NCBI GenBank assembly: GCA_013239625.1 | Contig: MU053482.1 | Span: forward strand, 4,415,775-4,479,774 | DNA from: Lama guanicoe | Taxonomy: Eukaryota | Direction: 5' to 3' | DNA length: 64,000 nt | Shown here: piece after piece, positions 1-11,864 of the stretch | How positions within the stretch are numbered: position 1 is the first letter of the stretch | Layout: the number at the start of each line of letters is the position of its first letter | The notes under the pieces: model-generated | Database searches by the model: none | The model's input: only the letters and a program-made list of their open reading frames with translations | Told to the model about the DNA's origin: nothing | Translations under genes and position numbers: made by a program

Positions 1-736
1 AGTGTGTGTGTGTAAATTCAGAAGAGGGATGAGCTCCACGTCTGAGCAAACATGGTATGGACATGACACCACGAGGGACTACAGAAATCTTAGAGAGGAA
101 TTGGAATTACACAATCAAGGAATGGGGGTTCACATCCATCTCCAGGGCTCACAGGCCGGGGAGATCCCAGCTGACATCAGCTGCGTACCAGGTCAGACCA
201 ATGATCATCCCACTGAGTCCTGGTCTTGCAGTCCTGTTCAATGTCTTACTGGGATGAAGTCTGCAGCAGCTACTCCCTCTGCTCAGCCTTGCCTTATTTA
301 CTTTTGCTTGCCAAGGCAAACAGGCATGTCGAGAAATGAAGCTTTTGTTGTGAGTGCCCTGAACCCTGTATTTGCAGGTGGAAGTCAGAGTAGTTTCCAG
401 AAATCGCCTGGGGATTCCGAGGACAGCGTGCCTGGAGTTGGTCTCACAGGCCTGTACCCCTGTACTGTGCCCTGTACCCTGCTGCTGCTTGCTCTCTTGC
501 AGCAAAAAGCGCCATGTGGAATAGATCTAGACGCCTATCGCCTTGCAAAGGAACTAGCAGATAATCCAAAGCGTTCCTTGGATTCTCTCTGTCCCTTGGC
601 TGCTCTTCCATCCCTTCCTCCCACCCCTCCCACTCCAGGGCTGCGGTGTGGAGAGCTGAGTCTCCTTGGGGATGGTCCTTTCTCTCTGCCTTCCAATTAA
701 ACACATTATGACAATCCCAAAGCCTGCAAAGTTGAG

Positions 737-892
737 AATAATAAGAATGAACAGATATAGCCTAGCCAGTGTACGACAGGCACTGGGCTCTTCATACAGA
801 CCGAACCACTTCATTTGACCAGTGACCCCCTGCAAGCAGGTGCTATGATTATTATTCCCATTTTCACAGATAAGACAACTGATGTTCAGGTT
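737..892 (-). mobile_element. MIR SINE relic
   Basis: Resembles reverse MIR core (ATTATTCCCATTTTCACAGATAAGACAACTGA). Confidence 0.7.
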
Positions 893-2539
893 TGACTAAT
901 GTATCCTAACCGCGTACTTGGCATCAGGCTAAGTGGCATGTGGTCTTTTTTTGGTTCAAAAATCATTTATTGATTTTGCCAATGTGTTAAATATTGTTAT
1001 TCCTATGATGAAACCAAGCTGGAGGGGATGAATTAAAATCATTCAAGGTCCACGGTGAATTCTCATGACTGTGTCTGAGGACTTGATCTGTAAGGAGCTC
1101 TGAGTTATAAGCCCATCCATTTTCATTAGGATTTCAGTCCTAGAAAAGGTTTCTGAAATTTGACACAAACAACACTGGCAAGAAAAGAGAGGTAGAAATA
1201 GACCAGGCAGCAAGACACTGAGGGGCCTCCCAAGTCCAGCACATTCAGTTCAAGAGAATAAAGGAATCTTTCCATTTCAAGGTGTCATTAAGCTTCTTTT
1301 TTTAAAGGATCATTATCACGTACTGACCTCTTCCTGTCACCAGTCGCCCGCAAGGCCCAGTCCGTGCCGGCACCTGTAATCTGCCCCCTGTGACAGAAGG
1401 TCAAGGACCCAGAGGAGCTGATGGGCTTATGCAGCCCAGGCCAGGTGGGCAGGAGGCAGCAGTGGACAGCCAAGATGGAACTTAGGGATCTCACCCTGCC
1501 ATTGAGGCTGGCCCGAAGGGGTGACAGAATGAGCTAGAACAGTGTCTCCAAGAGCCGAGCTCTTTGAGGCTCTGCAGTGCTTTCCAGATGCAAGCAGCAG
1601 CCATTTCTGGGGCAGTGAATGGCCGAGAACTTGATCCATCACAGTATCTGGGCAGGGGGTTGTGGATGGACACCCCACATCTCTCCTCCACTCCCAGCTC
1701 CCACCCCACCTCCTACTCCCAGAATAAAATTTCCGAGAATTATGTGGAGAAAAATAGGTCATCCTATTGGGGGGGGGATGGTGGTGAGTCATGCAGGTGT
1801 CCCCCTTTTCTGATAGCAAAACGCAGAGCCCCCCAAACACCACACAATTGTATAAGGGCCTTGCAAGCTGCCCCTACACCTTCTGTCAGAGACGAGTTTC
1901 CTCTGCGTCTGAAGAAATGCCTGTCTGTTCCGGAACACGTGATGACAAAGTCAGCTCCAGGGGTCTTACGGCCCCGTGGCTCATTCACTCTGCTGACATT
2001 ATGAAGCGGCTGGGCGGCAGCCTCGGGAACCAGAGCAGTCACGCTGAGAGGAGGGACTCAAAGAGAACCCAGATTCTGATCCAGCTCAGGACGCTCTCTT
2101 CTCACAGGTGGACGATGCTGGGAGCGAAGAGCCCATGCATCTTTCCCAGAGATGCAGTCACCCACGCCCCCTGATGCTGAGCCCTTCCCCTCTGCCAAGC
2201 CCAGCACTTGCACACACACGATCTCATTTAACCTTCAGGAGCTCACACCGAGGTCGCTGTTATGAGCTCCCTGGCACAATAATAGTATCGGCTTCATGGG
2301 GCTGTTGCAAGTTAAACAAGTTAACGTAGTGAAGCACACCCGGCTCCCAGCAAGTGCCCTGTAAAAATTAACCGCGACCGTGGCCGCTGCTGCCACTGTT
2401 GTCTTATGGTTGTTAAGGAGGCGAGATGGTCTGTCCAACTTGGCACAGCTTGTAAGGCAAAGCCAGGCCCATCTGACGCCGAAGTCCATGACTTTCTGTC
2501 CACTCACTACCCAGGGAGGCACCACCCATAACGGGCAAA

Positions 2540-2755
2540 AGTACAGGCACTGGGAGTTAGACAGACAGATCAAGGTTTGAATCTCAGCTCTGCCAGTTAC
2601 CAGCTGTGTGGCCCTGGACAAATCACTTTGCCTCTCTGACCTTCAGTGTGTGAATGTGTGAGTGGGGATAACTATAGTACGTACCTCCAAGTGAGTTTTG
2701 AGGATGCAGTGACAGAAGACGTGAAAGCTCTCAGTAAATGCTTGATACATTGAAT
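2540..2755 (+). mobile_element. MIR SINE
   Basis: GGTTTGAATCTCAGCTCTGCCAGTTACCAGCTGTGTGGCCCTGGACAAATCACTT matches MIR core. Confidence 0.85.
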
Positions 2756-3564
2756 TTTCAGGACTCTCATCAGCCATTGAAAGGTCAAACAAAGACATAA
2801 TTTACCAAACAAGAACTCTAAGCTGGCCAAGAGGAGACGCGCTGTTCTGGGCTTTAGGCCGTCTGGAGACCCCCTCCTAACACATCGTGATAGACTGTCA
2901 AGGAGCAGCTTTTTTGTTAGTTGAAGATTTTACCAAAGAGTGTGTGTGTCTCTCTCCTTAAATCCAAATGCTGGCCGGGAAATCCCTGAGTGTCCCAGAC
3001 AACTTAAGAAGTCCAGGTAGAGCCACTGCTGTCCCCAAGCCTCAGCCCCGACGTGGCAGGGTAGCCCGCACAGCCCTGCAGCAGGACTGTTCCTGCCTCT
3101 CAAGGCCAGAGGTGGGCCAGAATGCGGCAGCCCGCACGGAGGGCGGAGGGAGCTGCCTGGCGCTTCTGAGAGCCCCAGCACCCCTTACGAGTATGTGCTT
3201 GACACATGCCTGCATCTAGGAACCGGGAGGAAAAGAGCCAGGGTGGAGAGTCAGGAACGCACGGGGGTGGGGTCAAAGCCTTTGGCTGCTACTGTAAGAG
3301 ATACACCGGCTCCATGCTCTTGCAGCTGAGCTACTCTACTAAGACCCCTTCTTTGAGGCGGTTTAATTTTTTAATTCTATCGTTCTTGGAAGGGTAAATA
3401 CCAATGACCCACTAATTACGTCCCTGGTAATAAACACCACCTTTTGTTGGAAATGGCAAACCCCTTGATCAAAGCACAGGTGAGACCCAAAGCATGAGGC
3501 AGAATCCTCTTTGGAGGAGGGTAACTCGGGCCCGGCCAGAAACCCAGTGACTACCCGGAGCCTT

Positions 3565-3820
3565 CTAACAGCAAACACTGACAAGGCATTTACCCTGGGC
3601 TTGGCACTATCTGAAGTGCTTTATATATATTGGCTCATTTAATCTTCGCAGCAATCCTACAAGGCTGATAATATTGCTATCTTCATTCTACAGAAGGGGG
3701 AAGTGAGGCACAGAGAGGCTAATAACTAGCCCAAGATCAAGCAACCAGTAATCTGCTGAGCCAGGATCTGAACACAGACAGCCCAGCCCAAGCGTCTCTG
3801 CTCTTGACCTATGAGCTACC
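3565..3820 (-). mobile_element. MIR SINE
   Basis: CTCATTTAATCTTCGCAGCAATCCT...GAAGTGAGGCACAGAGAGGCTAATAACT...GGATCTGAAC matches reverse MIR. Confidence 0.85.
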
Positions 3821-4318
3821 GCAGGCCTCTCCTTTTGAGCACACGCAGGGGCAGATGACTGAGACCTCAGAGCCTCCAAAGGAAACTGAAGCAGCAGCAC
3901 TGAGGGTGGGAGGGTGAGAGACCACGGGCCTGAGGCTTTTCATTAGGAACTGAGCACTAGGATCAACTTATTTCTTTTCAGGCTCTTTTTTTTAGTGATG
4001 GTAAGTGGGGTGGCGGTCAGTTGGTTGATTATCATTTGCAGGTTTCATCCCTTAAAAAGGGTACTTATTTCTAGATGTGAATCTAAGAGCTCAGAGAGAT
4101 GTTTCCAGCCAGCCGACAAGCTACAGGCTTCCCACAGGCCCAGCTCAGCAACAGCAGTGGCCAGACAAGACCATTGCTGCCCAGGAGGTGCATCACGGCT
4201 CATCAGTTATGAGGGTCCATGCGGCCTTGTCAGAGGTGAGAGGTTGTGTCCAGACAAAAGTGACCAACACCAGGCTGCATTGGGAGCAAGCACCTTGGCG
4301 GCAGCTGCTCCCCTCACT

Positions 4319-4332
4319 GTAGCCATGGCAAC
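4319..4332. promoter_or_regulatory. RFX X-box motif (candidate)
   Basis: GTAGCCATGGCAAC, 13/14 match to the palindromic X-box GTTGCCATGGCAAC, in non-repeat DNA. Confidence 0.45.
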
Positions 4333-5739
4333 CCCAGGACTCAGACTAGCAGTGTGTTTTCAGAGAAGGGTTTGGACAGAAGATGGAGGGAAGAGGGGAA
4401 AAGGAAGGGAAAGGAATGGGTGAGTGTAGGTGTGTGTGGAGCAGGGCCATCCCTGGTGGAGCCCCCAGACTAAACTGATATCCCAGGGCTGTGTCCTTGG
4501 ATTAGTGCAGCCCGAATCCTGTCTACAGGAGTTGACCCTTGGCCACCCAAAGGCCCAAGTCCAATTCCAAGGCCACCTGGGGCATCTGTGGAAGTCCTGA
4601 AAGCATTGCCTAGGCTTATGGAAATGATATAACTACTGCCCAAGGCATCTGACTCCCATTCTTTGAAGGCCTCCCTCCCAGCACCTGGGAAACCAAGCTT
4701 AGTCAAGTTCATTGAGCTCTCACTCCCAAGAGGAGGGACAGCAGGGCCTTTTTCCTTCCCAGCTGGAGCCCACATCAGGCTTTTCAACAGGTCCTCTTCC
4801 AGGTTCGCCACTGAGTCACAGAGGTCCAGGGAAGGAGATCTGCTCCCCACACAGACGTGAAGGTGTCTGGAGCCAGAGCTCACGGAGGTGCAGAGCTGGG
4901 GAGAGTGGAGCGAGGAGAAGGCAGCTTTTGTCCTGGGTGGGGATGGGGAGAGGTGTCACGTGGGCGCTGCCTGGTTAATCAGATGCCGACCATAAACATC
5001 CAGCCCAGGCGGAGGAGGGAACCTTCACAGTCAAATCGCTTCCAGTGCGATTTTCTGGTTATTCTGTGCGTGCATATTATCTTCCCTTTCACCCCCAGCA
5101 AGTCCCTGAGCTTTTAAAGAACCTTGTCATAGGAGATGATATTTTAAACTTTTATCTCAAAAAGTAACAATTAGCCACATTGACTAGTGGCTTGGTTAAG
5201 GAACTGGGAGAACCAGCCGGAGGGAGAACTATGTGACTCACACTCTCCACTTGTCCGCTACCCCCGAACCCAGGCAGGAGGGTCTGCAAAGGAGGCAGAC
5301 AGGAACCAGACCTCTGAGCAGGCCCACTGCCCACACCATCTGGTTTAATCTGCACAACACCCGTGAGAGGGAGCTGTTGCCCTTAGAAGGGAGAGGGCAC
5401 GTATGGGACCTAGTGTTCCCAGAGAAGGCATTCCGGGAGACTCGGGTCACCCTGGCGGATTCACCAAGCCTCACCCTTGGCCCCGCAGGCTCAGAAAACT
5501 CACCAGGTCAGAACAAAGGGCAGGCTCCGTTTCTTGGGGACAGACCCACGGGAACCAAGTTCAAGAGCAGATACTAACATGGCCATGGCAATGAGAAGGC
5601 CCCCAACACTAGGACCAGACCAGCACATCATCTCTCCATGGATCCTGGAAGCCAAAGTAGTTACAAACAGCCGCATGGTGAGTGTGGAATCAGAAGGCAG
5701 TGGCCAATGGGGGAGCCACAGAGGTGCTCAGAGGACTCT

Positions 5740-6030
5740 CATTCCAGTTCATCTATCGAGTCTCAGCTCAGGCGTCACCTTCTACGGGAAGCCTCCCTGT
5801 CCCCACCCCTGCCTCTGACACCAAGGCTGGGCCGTGACGCCCTCTGTGCTCCCAGAACACAGAGCCCCGTCTCGGCCCAGTGGGCACTGCTCCACATCCT
5901 CACAATCACACTGAACAGCCTGCCTGCCCTGCTGCATCCTTGCTCATTTGAGGCACGAGTTTGCCTTACTCCTATGGCGTCCCTGTCACCTGCCATGTAG
6001 AGGGGGTTCAGGAAAGGTTTACCGAAGATG
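5740..6030 (+). mobile_element. L2 LINE 3' fragment
   Basis: TCTCAGCTCAGGCGTCACCTTCTACGGGAAGCCTCCCTG...CACCTGCCATGTAG resembles L2 3' end. Confidence 0.65.
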
Positions 6031-6369
6031 GGAAAAGTACAAATCTCTGGGCCCCCCTCACTGGACCGGGCCTGCACGCATCTGCCGGCTTCCCATTCTT
6101 TCTTTCCCAGGCTGTGTGCTAACTGACCCTTCTGTTTGTTCTCCAAACAGGATACACACTGCTGTGAGTTTGCATTCTATTATAATTATAATTAAAAATT
6201 ATAGTCACACACCAGTCTCACCTTCCCAAGATTACACGTACCCAGATGTCTCTCCTGAAGGTTTGTGTATCCCGGGTCACGTGGTCAGTCCCACGAGATC
6301 TCCCCGGTCCCTCCACCCACTACTTCTGTTGTGTGTGCTGAATTTAATATTTGCTCTCAGAGGGCAACC

Positions 6370-6710
6370 AAAGCATCTAATGATAAGGGAGTTGTTAAAT
6401 AAACCATGCCTCCTTACAATGGACTATTGTGCAGCCAACACAATGATGTTTACAAAGCAGTTTTAATAAACCAGAGGAATGCTGATTCTATGATATTATG
6501 GGAAAAAGAAGTAGGTTAAAATTTTGTGTACATCATGTGATTTTAGCTATGTGAGTAAAGAGCAAAGATAAAATCCTGGAAAAGATATATGTTAGAAGTG
6601 GCTACTTGTGTATGGTGGGATAATCGATGACTTTTCCCCTTTTCTTTATGCTTTTCTGTGCTTCCCAATCTGTAATAAGTAGGTTGCTTTTATAGTTAAG
6701 TAATAAAATA
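6370..6710 (+). mobile_element. Old L1 (L1MC/L1ME-like) 3' UTR fragment
   Basis: GTTAAATAAACCATG...ACAATGGACTATTGTGCAGCC resembles old L1 3' end; AT-rich. Confidence 0.6.
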
Positions 6711-7151
6711 AGCTTTAAGGGAAAAATTCATGAGTAGGACACTTCTCTATAACTATAGTGCTATTTAATTATGTATCCTCTGATCGATTTTCTTTGTAGG
6801 TCATTTGAGAAGCTGGATTTTTAAAACATCTCCTCGCTCCGATATCCCAGGCAGAAAAGGTGGCCCAGTTTGTCTTGAACTAGAGTCTAACTCCCCTGCC
6901 CGGGCACCTCCCTCCCCATCACGCTCTTCTCACCCCAGATGGTCTCCTGGGATACCCCTGGTTAACACATGCTGCCACCCTGTCAGCGTGGAAGTGTGTT
7001 GAGCACTGGGAATGTGTAAAGACGGAGAAATACATATGCTGCTTCCACTGAAGGACCGCATAGCTTCTGACATGACTGCAAAATCTTTCCAATAATTATA
7101 TGATGCTTGAACCAAATCTTTCCTATGTTGCATTTTAAAACTTTGGCCTTG

Positions 7152-7640
7152 TTTTATGGAGGTGAGATTTACATCACATAAAATTAACCATTTGAATGTG
7201 AACAAATCAGTGGCATTTAGTACATATACAATTTTGTGTCACCACCACCTCTACCTAGTTCCAAAACACTTTCATCACCCCACCAGGAAATCCTGGACCC
7301 ATACAGCAGTTGCTCCCCATTCCCCCTCCTCCTGGCCCCAGGGAACCTCCCATCTGCAAGTGTCTCTATGGATTTACTGCCTCTGGCTATTTCATATAAA
7401 TGGAATCATACAACATGTGATCTTCTGAGTCTAACTTCTTACACTTAGTATAATCATTTCAAGGTTCATCCCCATTGTGGCATGTATCAATTTTTCATTC
7501 TTTTTATGGTCAAATAATATGTCATAAGGTGGATCTACCACATTTTGTTTATCCCCTCACCCACTGATGGACATTTGGGCAATTTCCACCTTTTGGCTAT
7601 TGTGAATAGGGCTTCTGTGAACGTGGGGTCCGTGTATTTG
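7152..7640 (-). mobile_element. Old L1 (L1MB-like) 3' end
   Basis: CATAAAATTAACCATTT...TTTCATATAAATGGAATCATACAA...TTCCACCTTTTGGCTATTGTGAAT. Confidence 0.85.
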
Positions 7641-8261
7641 CTCCTGTGTAATATCAATGAGCTTCTGCTTTAGGGCAAAAATCTGTGCCCTTTCTCTCAA
7701 GGCTTCCATCTGGGACCCTCATGTTCAGGAGCCAACCTCTCTGTGCTCTACACCAGGACCAAGTCCTAGCAAGTCAACAAGATGAAAAGGACACAGATTC
7801 AGAAACAGTCAGCCAGGACAGGCCGCAGATTGTAGGTGGCTTCCAGGAGCAGATTAGTGGGAGAGAAGAGGGGACATGACAGAGAAGGAGTAATCACCAT
7901 GACTCATCCCTGGGAGTGTCAGTTGATTAAGCAAATGATGGCAATAGAATTAGCTACATCCTACCTTCTCGTGTTATTCGTCATTTATGCCTGAGAGTGG
8001 GATCCATTTGTGTCTCTCTAGTGTCTCATGGTATACAGGCCCCCAGACACACTCAGGGACCGAGTGCCATGCCGCTCAACTGACCACTGGCTCCCAGAGG
8101 TCTAGTTTTCACCAGCTAGCTTCTCCAAACACTCAAGAGAATGGCTTTGGCCAAGCAAAACGGGTGAACAGAGCGCCATCCCAAATTCAGTGATACACCC
8201 CCAACCTGTGTCTCCTGGCCACACGGGGCAGCTGGGTACAAATCGGGAAAATAGCTCAGAG

Positions 8262-8482
8262 AGGGACTCTGGAGCTAGAGAGCTGCCAGCCTGTGGCTGA
8301 GCTCTGGCTCCACTTCTTACTAGCTGTGTGGCTTTGTGCAGGCCACAACCACTCTGAGCCTCAGTTTCACAAATGCCAAACTGGGGATAGTAAAAAGTAC
8401 CAACCTCACGCAGTTGCTATGTAAAATTAAAAAGAGAAAGGAAGGCACTTGAGCAAAAGAGCTCAATAAATGTTAGCTAGGG
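8262..8482 (+). mobile_element. MIR SINE
   Basis: TTACTAGCTGTGTGGCTTTG...CTCTGAGCCTCAGTTTC...GCTCAATAAATGTTAGCT. Confidence 0.85.
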
Positions 8483-10294
8483 TAGTCCTGGTAACAAAAC
8501 AGTTCCAGAGTTATAGCCCCTGCCGGGCAAGCTGGAGAACCCAGGCCCCGTCCCAGGAAAGCCCCAAGGAGTCGATCTAAGTCTGTTAGTCTCCTCGAGG
8601 AAACCACTTTCCCAGCCTTGACCACGTGCAACCCCCAAAACCCCTGACCCCCAGCTTAGGCTGATGCCACCAAATACATGGAAGCCTCCATTCTTCAGGG
8701 GCCACGGATTGTCTCAGACCTCATCTGTTCTCCTGCAGCATCTGAAATGCAGCCCTCACGTGTCAACAGGGCACAGAGGTCAACATCGGGGTAACTCCAC
8801 AAGGACACGGGGCCAGGGGGCCGTCTATCCTCTCAGCTTTCTGCTCTCCTTTTAAGGGATGTATTTCGCATTGTGTATGTGTGTATATATGTCTTCTACT
8901 GAGCACACTAAAAGTGTTGAGCTAATAATAGGTAACACACAAATACAGCAAAAACGGATAGAGGAATGAATAAACGGTGGGAAACACTGACTCTAGGCTG
9001 AAGTGTCTTCCGAGCCTGTGGCTGTGATTTACACAGAGACCGCTCGATGTCATTGGATTTCTTTAACTCAATGCCATGTTTGCCAAACAGCGTTTTCCTT
9101 ATCTCTACTCACTCTGAGCCAGGGGCTATGTTAAGTGCTGAGAGACACAAAGGTGAGGAAGAAATTACCTCTGTCCTCACACCCAGTGGGAGAGAAAGGC
9201 ACACCCTCCGACAGCACAAGAGAGGGAGCGACCAGAGAGAATTCCTGGAGTTGCCTATGTCAGTGGTGCTTCTGGGCTGGGCTTGAAGGCCCCCGAAACA
9301 TCTGGGCAGTCAGCTGGTGAGACTCTGTCGAGGAAGTTGGCCAAAAGGAATGCCGTGAGGTCAGGGCTTTGCAACATGCTGGTGTATCATCAGAGCGTTG
9401 CAGTATCACGATATACATGTGATGATGTCCTGGGCGGGGCAGTGGGGTCATCAGGTGCCACGTTACAGTCTTAGTGTGACAGCACTAGTGGTGTGCAGTG
9501 CAGAGCCTGACTGTAACCTCACACTGCAGGGCTGTGTGGGTGCCAAGTCCCATTCTGCAGTGTGATGTTTTGGTCACATGCAGTGTATGTCACAGTGTCA
9601 GGATGCCAGCTTGCCAGGATGTCAGAGGCCATGGTGACTTTGCTGTGCTCTGGCTTTGATCTGGCAACATGAAGCAGTGGTGAGATGTGTCTGATGCTGC
9701 CTTTCTCTCTAGAGAGATTCTCACCCGGTTTGAGATCCCAGAAACTCTTTTCATTTCGGTGCCTGAGACACTGTGACCTTGCTGTGGTCCATTTTCTCCT
9801 GAAATCTCAGAGAGGCCTCAAAACATGCCACACACATTTCTCCTCAGCTATAAGAGCACACAGCGACAGTTATCTGGAGGCCTGGTAACTAGGATCCAGC
9901 TTCGTCTCGGCTATCTGTCAGGTGCTTCCTGAAACTTGCCACATAAGCGGCAGTTGTCAGCCTACCGGGGAGGAGACAGGCTGGGAGCACAGCTCAGTCC
10001 CGCACCAGGATTAAACTTCGCCTGGCATCAGCGAGCAGGAGCGGCTCCAGACTCACCGAGGATGGCAGTCAGGGGTCCAGCTTCAGTCTCCGAGCAAGAG
10101 GGCCGGTGGCCTGCCCCCATTGCTGCAGCTACTCCCACCTCCCAGGGGGATGTTTCCCAAAACATCCACGTCCTCCCTGCATTTTGTCCAGAAAAACACA
10201 GAATCATATGAAAATGCAGTTCAGAGCATGTGCTCATTTCTCTAAGTCTCACTTCTCAGGCCGCGTAGGCTGGGGGAGCCCAGGTGAGACAAGA

Positions 10295-10923
10295 CTGCTG
10301 ATTCTCGTCATTCACAGAAGTTATGCTGGTAAAGCTGTGGCGGATACAGAGCCATGCTGCTAGGGGAAACCAGGCTTAGGCTCCTGTGAGCCTCTGGCCA
10401 CAACATTCTCATCAACCAATCAATACCCAAGTTTGTCTTCTGTTGTTTCTATGCAACGACACCTTATTTAATGTATATTGTTGACTCATTAACATTGAAC
10501 TCACAGCCAACAGCACTATCACTCAAGCCTGAACGAAGCTTGTCTAAAGCACGATTTGCTCTGTAAGGATCATCACATCTTCCCTGTGCTTGGGAACAGT
10601 CAACTTCAGCACTACGTTTGGGGGGCATTTTAGACAGTGAGGCCACCAATAAAAAGCACAAAAATGCAAAAGAAACATGGTACTGAATAGACCACACACA
10701 AAAAAAGACTTGTTTACAGCCTGAGCTGAAACAAGGAGGCAGAGCATCGCCTTGTTCAGCCTCAGCCAGCAATGCACATAAGCAACGCAAACTTTTGGTC
10801 ATTCTGCACAGGTCCACAAATGACCATGAAAGCATCGTGGGTATTGATGTTGGGGTTCCAAATAAATGTTAGCCAGTAGTCAAATTTGCAAATATACATT
10901 CTACAAATAATGAGGATGGATTA
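10295..10923 (-). mobile_element. MER82-like Tigger (TcMar) non-autonomous DNA transposon, near full length
   Basis: Matches remembered MER82 along its length; degenerate inverted ends (GATTCTCGTCATTCAC / CAAATAATGAGGAT); minus-strand ORF 10464-10835 ends in Tigger HTH-like KLRSGLSDSAVGCEFNVNESTIYIK. Confidence 0.85.
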
Positions 10924-10934
10924 TAATTGGAAAG

Positions 10935-11165
10935 AACATATACAGAGACTTACTGGGCACAAGGAATCATTGCAAGTGCTTTACATGTGTTGATTCATTT
11001 AATCCCACCAGCAACATAATGAAGCAGGTATTACTGTTGTCCCCATTTTACAGCTCAGGGAATAGAGAAACAGAGAAGCAAAGTAACTTGCTAAATGTCC
11101 CACAGCCAGGAATTGACAAAGCCAGAGTATGAACCCCGGCACCTTGCTCTAGACCCCCTATGCCT
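10935..11165 (-). mobile_element. MIR SINE
   Basis: CATTTAATCCCACCAGCAAC...CCCCATTTTACAG...AAGTAACTTGCTAAATGTCCCACAGCC. Confidence 0.85.
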
Positions 11166-11584
11166 ACTCCATATTGCCTCTGGGTACCAATCTCCATCAA
11201 TGGCCTTAGTTTCTCCAGAGAATCACTTGGAAGCCAAAGACCTGGACCCCTACCTTCCCAGCATGGCAGGCTGGCTTATACTTTCTCATTCAGATCACCT
11301 GAAGCCTTCCTGATGCTTTCACCTGTCTCCTATCTGTCACTAGGTAACCTCCACCGAAGCTTCTCAGGCTGGCCTTGCCATCACTGACACATCCATCGTG
11401 GCTGCCCTGCTGACTGAGGAGGGCCCTCTCCTCCTGCCATTAGACTACTGAGTTGCCACTTCTTACAATACTCCTTCAAAAGTTTTTCTTTTTGTGGGGG
11501 AAAGGAGAGTGCTATATTGTATCCTCAGGGCAAGTTACATGGTGCCCTCCCCACAACTCAAGCAAGAATTTAGATATCTTCTTG

Positions 11585-11682
11585 GGTGGGAAGGTATAGT
11601 TCAGTGGTAGAGTGTGTGCTTAGCATGCACAAGGTCCAGGTTCAATTTTCCAGTACCTCCATTAAAAAACTTTTTTTTTTTT
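11585..11682 (+). mobile_element. tRNA-Ala-derived camelid SINE (vic-1 type), short form
   Basis: GGTATAGTTCAGTGGTAGAGTGTGTGCTTAGCATGCACAAGGTCCAGGTTCAAT...CAGTACCTCCA (A/B boxes, tRNA-Ala AGC-like); degenerate 21-bp TSD 11564-11584 / 11865-11885. Confidence 0.85.
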
Positions 11683-11696
11683 AAGATTTTAGGTAC

Positions 11697-11864
11697 CTGA
11701 TAACTCAGAGAGAAAAAAATGTGACAATGAGTGTCTATATGTCCATGAATGACTGAAAAATTGTGCTGAACACTGGAATTTGACACAACATTGTAAAATG
11801 ATTATAAATCAATAAAAAATGTTAAAAAATAAAAATAAATTTTGATATAAAAAAATAAAAAATA
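11697..11864 (+). mobile_element. Young, heavily 5'-truncated L1 3' end with A-rich tail
   Basis: About 4 mismatches in about 125 bp versus the 3' end of the L1 at 19177-19305; perfect 14-bp TSD AAGATTTTAGGTAC at 11683-11696 and 11865-11878. Confidence 0.92.

Noticed and set aside
2..700. 232-aa ORF
   Set aside because: Non-ATG start at the window edge, no recognisable domain, composition typical of a chance ORF in GC-rich DNA.
1730..1795. GAS (TTCCGAGAA) and AP-1 (TGAGTCA) sites here and elsewhere
   Set aside because: Short motifs expected many times by chance in 64 kb; no clear enrichment.
1900..3300. CpG island
   Set aside because: GC- and CpG-richer than the rest of the window, but by eye the density is below a typical island; not computed.
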